This document shows positions 57,603 through 64,000 of a stretch of 64,000 bases of DNA, one piece after another. A program made the translations under genes and the position numbers. Every line of letters starts with the position of its first letter. Positions within the stretch are counted from its first letter, which is position 1. Source of the DNA: an uncultured Rikenellaceae bacterium (GTDB taxonomy: Bacteria > Bacteroidota > Bacteroidia > Bacteroidales > VadinHA17). The stretch covers positions 17,950 to 81,949 of the forward strand of contig CAZXSW010000003.1 of assembly GCA_964642615.1 (NCBI GenBank). The letters are read 5' to 3'. The notes under the pieces are model-generated. The model was not told where the DNA came from. It saw only the letters and a list, made by a program, of their open reading frames with translations, and did no database searches.

Positions 57603-60116
57603 ATGATGTTTTTGAGAACTAGTAAAGGAATCATTGCTGCTTTTTGCCTTATGATGACAATCCTGGAGGCTGGCGGACAGGAACCACAAGGAATTGCCGA
57701 CTACGCCAGACCCGATGACTATGTTATCGGAGGAGTATCGGTTTCAGGTATAAGGTTTCTGGATATAAATGCCCTCGTCAGCATCTCAGGGCTCCGGCCG
57801 GGTCAGACTGTCACCATACCGGGAGAATCAATAACCACGGCAGTTGAGAAACTATGGAAGCAGGGACTGTTTTCGGATGTACGGATAAGCATAACCAGTG
57901 TGCGTTCAGATACAGCTTTCCTCGATATCTTCCTGCAGGAGAGGCCAAGGATCTCTTCTGTGAATTTTACAGGCCTGAAGAAAAGTGAGATGCAGGATCT
58001 GAATGAGAAAATAAGCCTTCCTGTCGGTTCGCAGCTTACCTCCTATCTTCTCAGTAATGCAGAAAAAATAATCACCGAACATTTTGTTGAAAAGGGATTT
58101 CTTAATGCTAAGGTCGACTTTGTTCAGAAGGATGATCCGGATCAGCCTAATAATATTCTTCTGACAATCAATGTTGACAAGATGGAAAGGGTCAAGATTG
58201 CAGAGATAATGTTCGAGGGTAATGAGAATTTTGATGATAAGAGACTGCGCCGTTCTTTTAAGAACACGAAAAAGAAAAACATCAATTTCTTCAAGGCATC
58301 CAAATACATAGGGGACAAGTTTGATGAAGACAAAGATAACCTTCTTACTTTCTATAACGATAACGGGTTCAAGGATTTCACTATCCTTTCCGACTCGGTA
58401 TACCCCGTTTCTGAAGACAGGGTGGCCCTTGTCATTAAGGTTGATGAAGGAACGCAGTATTATCTCAGGAATATTGACTGGGTTGGAAACAGTGTTTATG
58501 ACAGGAAAGACCTGGAAAGAGTTCTTAATATCGAACCAGGTACCGTATATAACCAGTCTCTTCTCAGTGACAGGCTCAATGGTACAGCCGGAGCCCAGGA
58601 TGCCGTAAGTTCTCTTTACCAGGATTACGGCTACCTTTTTTCGAGACTTACACCTGTTGAGGCAAATATAGAAGGTGACTCTATAGATCTTGAAATAAGG
58701 ATTTTCGAGGGAGACCAGGCATATCTCAATAATATAATTATTTCAGGAAACACCAGGACCAATGAACATGTCGCCCGGCGTGAACTATACACACTGCCAG
58801 GGGATCTGTTCAGCAAGGACAAGATCATAAGGTCGATCAGGCAGCTTGGCGTTCTCGGGCACTTCGATCCTGAAAAGATCAATCCCCTTCCTCTTCCTGA
58901 TCCAACCAACGGTACCGTAGATCTTCTGTACCAGCTCGAAGAAAAAGCCAATGATCAGTTCGAGGTGTCGGGAGGCTGGGGAGCAGGTATGCTTGTGGGA
59001 ACCGTTGGGGTTAGGTTTAACAACTTTGCCATGCGCAACTTCTTCAAGCTTAACGAGTGGAGGCCTTATCCTTCGGGTGACGGACAGTCACTTAGCATAA
59101 GGGCCCAGTCGAATGGCCGTATTTACCAGTCGTACAACATGTCATTCTCTGAACCCTGGCTTGGAGGAAGAAAGCCAAATTCATTCACTCTGTCGGTTTA
59201 CAGGTCGCTTATGACCAACGGCAAGAAGAAGAATGAGGACGGAAGACAATCCATGATAATAGACGGAGCAACAGTCGGACTCGGGAAAAGACTCGAATGG
59301 CCCGACGACTTCTTTTCAGTATACGGAGAGGTTAACTACCAGAGATATAACCTTGATAACTATAATGTATACAAATTCCTTTTCGAGAACGGATCTTCAA
59401 ACCTGCTCAGCGTAACGGGACGACTGACAAGGTTCTCGACAAGTCCGAACCTTATTTACCCGCGCGAAGGCTCTTCATTCACCCTTTCCCTCCAGGCTAC
59501 ACCCCCATATACTCTCATAAGCGGAAGGAATATGATCAATGCTGAAGATGAGATCAAATACAACTGGATAGAGTTCCACAAATGGAACTTCAAGGCTGAC
59601 TACTATTATCCCGTTTCGCGCGACAAAAAGCTTGTCCTTAATACCCGGTTTGCATTCGGGTACCTTGGGTACTACAATAAGGACATTGGGCCCTCTCCCT
59701 TCGAGAATTTCTACATCGGAGGTGACGGGATGACCGGCTACAGCTTCTACGGGAGAGAGGTTATAGCACTCAGAGGTTATGAAAACGGCTCCCTTACTCC
59801 GACAGTAAACGAAGTCTCGTCGGGGAACGTCTATTCAAAGATTACCTTCGAACTGAGGTATCCTATATCACTTAACCAGCAGGCAACAATTTATGGTCTG
59901 GCCTTTCTCGAGGCAGGCCGTGCCTGGTATTCACTAAAGGAGTATAATCCTTTCAGAATGAACAGATCGGCTGGTATTGGCCTGAGGGCCAACCTCCCTA
60001 TGTTTGGTATGCTTGGTGTTGACTGGGGATACGGGTTTGATGAAGTTCCCGATCCCACCCAGTACAGGGATGCTAACAAATCACAATTCCATTTTGTCAT
60101 TGGTCAGCAGTTCTAA
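57603..60116 (+). CDS. bamA: outer membrane protein assembly factor BamA
   Basis: 837 aa with a signal peptide, POTRA repeats, and a C-terminal Omp85 barrel ending ...HFVIGQQF. Confidence 0.92.
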   Translation: MMFLRTSKGIIAAFCLMMTILEAGGQEPQGIADYARPDDYVIGGVSVSGIRFLDINALVSISGLRPGQTVTIPGESITTAVEKLWKQGLFSDVRISITSVRSDTAFLDIFLQERPRISSVNFTGLKKSEMQDLNEKISLPVGSQLTSYLLSNAEKIITEHFVEKGFLNAKVDFVQKDDPDQPNNILLTINVDKMERVKIAEIMFEGNENFDDKRLRRSFKNTKKKNINFFKASKYIGDKFDEDKDNLLTFYNDNGFKDFTILSDSVYPVSEDRVALVIKVDEGTQYYLRNIDWVGNSVYDRKDLERVLNIEPGTVYNQSLLSDRLNGTAGAQDAVSSLYQDYGYLFSRLTPVEANIEGDSIDLEIRIFEGDQAYLNNIIISGNTRTNEHVARRELYTLPGDLFSKDKIIRSIRQLGVLGHFDPEKINPLPLPDPTNGTVDLLYQLEEKANDQFEVSGGWGAGMLVGTVGVRFNNFAMRNFFKLNEWRPYPSGDGQSLSIRAQSNGRIYQSYNMSFSEPWLGGRKPNSFTLSVYRSLMTNGKKKNEDGRQSMIIDGATVGLGKRLEWPDDFFSVYGEVNYQRYNLDNYNVYKFLFENGSSNLLSVTGRLTRFSTSPNLIYPREGSSFTLSLQATPPYTLISGRNMINAEDEIKYNWIEFHKWNFKADYYYPVSRDKKLVLNTRFAFGYLGYYNKDIGPSPFENFYIGGDGMTGYSFYGREVIALRGYENGSLTPTVNEVSSGNVYSKITFELRYPISLNQQATIYGLAFLEAGRAWYSLKEYNPFRMNRSAGIGLRANLPMFGMLGVDWGYGFDEVPDPTQYRDANKSQFHFVIGQQF

Positions 60117-60139
60117 TTGTAAAATTTAAAAGTATTAAA

Positions 60140-60655
60140 ATGAAAAAATCAGGCGTAATATTGGCGATGTTCTTATTGACATCTGCTTTTACCTTTGCCC
60201 AGAAATATGCCTTTGTCGATTCTGATTACATCAGAAAAAATATACCTGCGTTCAACACCGCCCAGGAACAACTCGACAACCTTTCAAAGCAATGGGAAAA
60301 AGAGATTTCAGACGGATATGCTGTCGTTGAACAGATGTTCAAGGCCTATCAGAGTGAATCGGTACTTCTTTCCCAGGATATGAAAACCAGGAGGGAAGAG
60401 GCTATAGTAAACAAGGAAAAGGAGATCAAGGATCTTCAGAATAAGTATTTCGGAATGGAAGGAGAACTCTTTAAGAAAAGGGAAGAACTTATAAAACCTA
60501 TTCAGGATGAAATACTAAAGGCGATAAAAACTATTGCTGTTGATGGCAGCTATGCAGTCATCTTCGACAGCTCGGCAGGAGGCAATATCTTATTTGCAAA
60601 TCCGAAATTTGATATAAGCGATCAGGTACTTGAAACATTAGGTTATAAGAATTAA
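60140..60655 (+). CDS. OmpH/Skp-family periplasmic chaperone
   Basis: 171 aa with a signal peptide and a coiled-coil-rich K/E/Q composition. Immediately downstream of bamA. Confidence 0.88.
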   Translation: MKKSGVILAMFLLTSAFTFAQKYAFVDSDYIRKNIPAFNTAQEQLDNLSKQWEKEISDGYAVVEQMFKAYQSESVLLSQDMKTRREEAIVNKEKEIKDLQNKYFGMEGELFKKREELIKPIQDEILKAIKTIAVDGSYAVIFDSSAGGNILFANPKFDISDQVLETLGYKN

Positions 60656-60692
60656 ATAATTACTTTTGCACCAATTATTAAAACAGGAAAAA

Positions 60693-61214
60693 ATGAAGAA
60701 AATAATAAGTTTAGTGGTTTTTGTCATTATTTGTTCATTCTCAGCACAGGAGGTGAATGCCCAGAGCCTCAAATTCGGACATATCAACAGGACTGAGCTC
60801 ATACAGGCAATGCCTGAATACGAATCAGCCAATATTGAGCTTCAGAATTTTAGGGACGAACTTATAAATGCACTCGAACTTCTGACAGTTGAGTTCAATA
60901 ATAAAAATGATGCCTACACAAAGGAAGCTCAGAACTATACTGACATTGTCAGGCAGACAAAGGAGCAGGAACTTTATGATATGAACCGCAGAATCCAGGA
61001 GTTTCAGGAAAAAGCTTCCATGGATCTTCAGAACAAGCAGGCTGAACTCTTCCAGCCCATCACTGTTAAAGCAGATACGGCTATCCAGAGTGTCGGAAAG
61101 GAAAATGGGTTCGTGTATATTTTTGATGTCTCGTCCGGCCAACTCGCTTATTTCGACGAATCCTTAAGCTCTAACGTGATTGCTCTTGTAAAGACCAAAC
61201 TTGGTATAAAATAA
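60693..61214 (+). CDS. OmpH/Skp-family periplasmic chaperone (second copy)
   Basis: ATG at 60693 gives MKKIISLVVF... with a signal peptide (the ORF-track start 60666 is a TTG). Composition as the previous gene. Confidence 0.88.
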   Translation: MKKIISLVVFVIICSFSAQEVNAQSLKFGHINRTELIQAMPEYESANIELQNFRDELINALELLTVEFNNKNDAYTKEAQNYTDIVRQTKEQELYDMNRRIQEFQEKASMDLQNKQAELFQPITVKADTAIQSVGKENGFVYIFDVSSGQLAYFDESLSSNVIALVKTKLGIK

Positions 61215-61233
61215 ATTTTCTTAAAATATCCGG

Positions 61234-61264
61234 TGACCATCCTTAGCGGGATGGTCATTTTTTT
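61234..61264 (+). terminator. intrinsic terminator after the skp pair
   Basis: TGACCATCC (61234-61242) pairs with GGATGGTCA (61249-61257), then TTTTTTT. Confidence 0.8.
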
Positions 61265-61278
61265 AATACCTTACTAAG

Positions 61279-62079
61279 GTGAAAAACAGACCAATCGGGA
61301 TATTTGATTCTGGAGTCGGCGGACTCACGGTCGCCCATGCTGTTAAGCAGCTGCTCCCCGGAGAAAGCATTATCTATTTTGGTGACACGGCCCATCTGCC
61401 GTATGGTGACAAATCGGCGGAGGCAATTCAGTTCTATTCGGCCAGGATCACAGAGTTTCTCCTTACCTTCGATGCCAAAGTGGTACTGGTTGCATGTAAT
61501 TCGGCTTCTGCCTCCGCCTTCGCAACGCTCAGAAAGGAATTCAGCGATAAGACAATCCTGATAGATGTGATCGATCCGGTAGTCGAATATACAGGCACAA
61601 GGAATTTCTCGAGGATAGGTGTCATAGGAACAAAAAGAACAATAAGTTCAGGGACTTATGAACAGAAACTAACTGAAAAAAATCCTGCCACCACTGTAGT
61701 CTCAATGGCAACTCCCCTTCTTGTTCCGATGATTGAAGAGGGTTTTATATTCGACGATATAAGCAATGCCATAATAAGGACATATCTTTCAAACGAAACC
61801 CTAAGGGGAATAGAAGCCCTTATTCTGGGCTGCACTCACTATCCCATAATAAGAAATCAGATAAACAAGTATTTCAATTTTAATATTGAAATTATTGATT
61901 CGGGCAGAAGTGTTTCTGAAATCCTTAAGCAGACCCTTGAAAGAAACAACCTTCTCAGCGACAGGGAAAGGGGTGATGATCAGTTCTTTGTATCAGACTA
62001 TACTCCTTTCTTTGAAAAGATAGCAAGGATGTTTTTTGAAAGGGAGATAAACCTCAGGAAAGCCGATATCTGGAGCTGA
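61279..62079 (+). CDS. murI: glutamate racemase
   Basis: 266 aa with a GTG start; ...GIFDSGVGGLTV..., ...ACNSASA... and ...GCTHYP... catalytic Cys motifs. Confidence 0.93.
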   Translation: MKNRPIGIFDSGVGGLTVAHAVKQLLPGESIIYFGDTAHLPYGDKSAEAIQFYSARITEFLLTFDAKVVLVACNSASASAFATLRKEFSDKTILIDVIDPVVEYTGTRNFSRIGVIGTKRTISSGTYEQKLTEKNPATTVVSMATPLLVPMIEEGFIFDDISNAIIRTYLSNETLRGIEALILGCTHYPIIRNQINKYFNFNIEIIDSGRSVSEILKQTLERNNLLSDRERGDDQFFVSDYTPFFEKIARMFFEREINLRKADIWS

Positions 62080-62249
62080 AAGCCTGTATTCTCATTCGTC
62101 GTTTTGACTGATGATAGTTATTATTTGATTATCATTGATATATGTTTATACGGCCTTGCCTGGCATAAAGCAGATTGTTAAAACGGACAAATATGATCAA
62201 TATCATAAGCCAAATCTGTTTTTTATACGAATTTGCGGCTTTAAAAAGG

Positions 62250-62257
62250 TAATTTTG
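62250..62257 (+). promoter_or_regulatory. candidate -7 box (TAATTTTG) for korA
   Basis: Exact TAnnTTTG match, 44 nt upstream of ATG 62301. A TTTG at 62232-62235 is closer than the usual -33 spacing. Confidence 0.35.
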
Positions 62258-62300
62258 AGCAAAATAAGAATCCCAAAGGTAAGGGTAATCATAAGGAATT

Positions 62301-64000
62301 ATGAATAGAAAAACTGAGATTATTGTCAGGGAAGAGGTTGTGATCAGGTTCTCGGGTGATTCAGGTGATGGCATGCAGCTGACGGGGACTCTTTTTTCAG
62401 ATACCGCTGCCCTGTACGGGAATGATCTTACGACCTACCCCGATTATCCTGCTGAGATAAGGGCCCCTCAGGGTACTGTCGGAGGGGTTTCGGGTTTTCA
62501 GGTTCACCTTGGGCATTCACAGGTCAACACTCCCGGCGATTATGCCGATGTACTTGTGGCAATGAACCCAGCTGCCATTAAGGCTAATGCCAGGTGGGTC
62601 AGGCCGAAAGGTATTATTATCTATGATGAGAACAGCTTTACAGAAAAGAACATAAAGAAGGCTGGGTATGAGGAAGACCCTGTAAAGGAGGAAAAACTTG
62701 ATAACTGCAATATAATAGCGGCCCCTATATCGTCGATGGTTAAGGAGGCGCTTAAGGATTTCGGACTCGATCCGAAGTCGGTTCTCAGGACCAAGAATAT
62801 GTTTGCCCTGGGAATGGTTTACTGGTTGTTCAACAGAAAACTGAAGCATACCGAGGAGTATTTTGAGAAGAAATTCGGGAAGAAGCCTGATATTGTTAAA
62901 GCCAACAAAAAGGCACTCAGGTCAGGATATTACTATGCTGAGACCATTGAAGCCTTAAACCCGGTTTACAAGATACTTCCTGCCCCCATTGCTCCCGGAA
63001 ACTACAGGAATATATGCGGTAACCTGGCAACAGCCTGGGGTTTTCTGGCAGCTGCTGAGAAGTCGGGTCTGGGTCTTTTTATTGGTTCCTACCCTATAAC
63101 CCCGGCTACCGGTATCCTTGAAGAACTGGCCGCGCGTAAGGATCTGGGAGTTATCAGTTTTCAGGCCGAGGACGAGATAGCAGGTATCTGTGCAGCCCTG
63201 GGAGCCAGTTTTGCAGGTAAACTGGCTGTAACCTCAACATCGGGTCCGGGTATGGCACTTAAATCAGAAGCCATAGGTCTGGCAGTGATGGCCGAGTTAC
63301 CAGTGGTTGTTGTCGATGTCCAGAGAGCCGGCCCCTCGACCGGATTACCTACCAAAACAGAACAGTCAGACCTTTTTCAGGCCCTTTACGGGCGTAACGG
63401 TGAAAGTCCGGTTGTAGTTCTGGCAGCAAGTACTCCGGCCAACTGTTTCCATTTTGCCTTTGAAGCCGCCAGAATAGCGGTCGAACATATGACCCCGGTA
63501 ATACTTCTTACCGACAGCTACCTTGCCAACGGTACCGAACCATGGCGTATCCCCCCGGCAGACGAGCTTCCTGTCATAAATCCCCCGTTTGCCGATCCGG
63601 CAGAGACACCATTTCTTCCCTACAGGCGTGATGAGGATAAACTGGCAAGAAAATGGGCTGTCGCCGGAACACCCGGACTTGAACACAGGATAGGAGGACT
63701 GGAGAAAACCATCCGTGGGACAGTTTCCTATACGCCGGAGAATCACGAAGAGATGGTAAGGATAAGAGCTGAAAAAGTAGAACGTATTGCCCGTGATATT
63801 CCTGATTTAAGTGTTCAGGGTGAAGAATCGGGCGACTTGCTTGTTGTCGGCTGGGGAGGCAAATATGGTTATCTTATAACTGCCGTAAGGGAGCTTCAGG
63901 AAGAGGGAAGAAAAATAAGCCTTGTGAATTTCAACTATATAAATCCCCTTCCTCAAAATGTAAAGGAAGTGTTCCGCAGGTTCAGAAGGATCCTGGTATG
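62301..64000 (+). CDS. korA: 2-oxoacid:ferredoxin (acceptor) oxidoreductase subunit alpha, 3' end beyond window
   Basis: Absent from the ORF track because no stop occurs before the window end. Hand translation from ATG 62301: MNRKTEIIVREEVVIRFSGDSGDGMQLTG...PDYPAEIRAP.GT..G...GSYPITPAT...EDEIAG...TSGPGMALK... This is typical of KorA/OorA-type alpha subunits. Confidence 0.88.
   Translation, partial: MNRKTEIIVREEVVIRFSGDSGDGMQLTGTLFSDTAALYGNDLTTYPDYPAEIRAPQGTVGGVSGFQVHLGHSQVNTPGDYADVLVAMNPAAIKANARWVRPKGIIIYDENSFTEKNIKKAGYEEDPVKEEKLDNCNIIAAPISSMVKEALKDFGLDPKSVLRTKNMFALGMVYWLFNRKLKHTEEYFEKKFGKKPDIVKANKKALRSGYYYAETIEALNPVYKILPAPIAPGNYRNICGNLATAWGFLAAAEKSGLGLFIGSYPITPATGILEELAARKDLGVISFQAEDEIAGICAALGASFAGKLAVTSTSGPGMALKSEAIGLAVMAELPVVVVDVQRAGPSTGLPTKTEQSDLFQALYGRNGESPVVVLAASTPANCFHFAFEAARIAVEHMTPVILLTDSYLANGTEPWRIPPADELPVINPPFADPAETPFLPYRRDEDKLARKWAVAGTPGLEHRIGGLEKTIRGTVSYTPENHEEMVRIRAEKVERIARDIPDLSVQGEESGDLLVVGWGGKYGYLITAVRELQEEGRKISLVNFNYINPLPQNVKEVFRRFRRILV

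Noticed and set aside
62132-63746. Minus-strand ORFs 62132-62374, 62517-62849, 63161-63355 and 63366-63746.
   Set aside because: All are antisense to, or overlap the start of, a clearly conserved korA-type reading frame that is open from 62301 to the window end. The ORF track missed korA because no stop occurs before the window end.

Overview
This window looks like core chromosome from a Bacteroidota bacterium. The supporting signs are gldD/gldE, proteins with T9SS C-terminal sorting domains, TAnnTTTG -7 boxes, A-rich leaders without Shine-Dalgarno sequences, and a 2-oxoacid:ferredoxin oxidoreductase that suggests an anaerobe. Nt 1-17673 is one uninterrupted ribosomal-protein superoperon (rpsL-rpsG-fusA, S10, spc and alpha blocks, including secY, map, infA, rpoA and rplQ), followed by eno. 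The remainder is housekeeping and envelope genes. These include a UbiD-family decarboxylase, a hybrid histidine kinase, hisS, ychF, an M14 peptidase, a GGGP-synthase homolog, a PPTase, gldD-gldE-ssb, hup, rng, dsbD, pth, rplY, prs, engB, manA, udk, pdxJ, nadK, uppS-bamA-skp-skp, murI and the 5' part of korA. I saw no rRNA, tRNA, CRISPR array, transposase, integrase, phage gene or recognisable defence system. Three small genes missing from the ORF track were found by hand: rpmD, rpmJ and a 29-aa bS22-like basic peptide. Two things stand out. The first is a roughly 490-nt, hairpin-dense, GC-enriched non-coding block between eno and the UbiD-like gene. It has its own -7 box and a terminal hairpin, and I could not assign it to a known RNA family. 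The second is a roughly 90-110-nt upstream cassette present three times, always ending at the ATG of the downstream gene, with arm changes that preserve an inverted repeat. Everything here rests on reading the sequence and recalling motifs; no searches were run.
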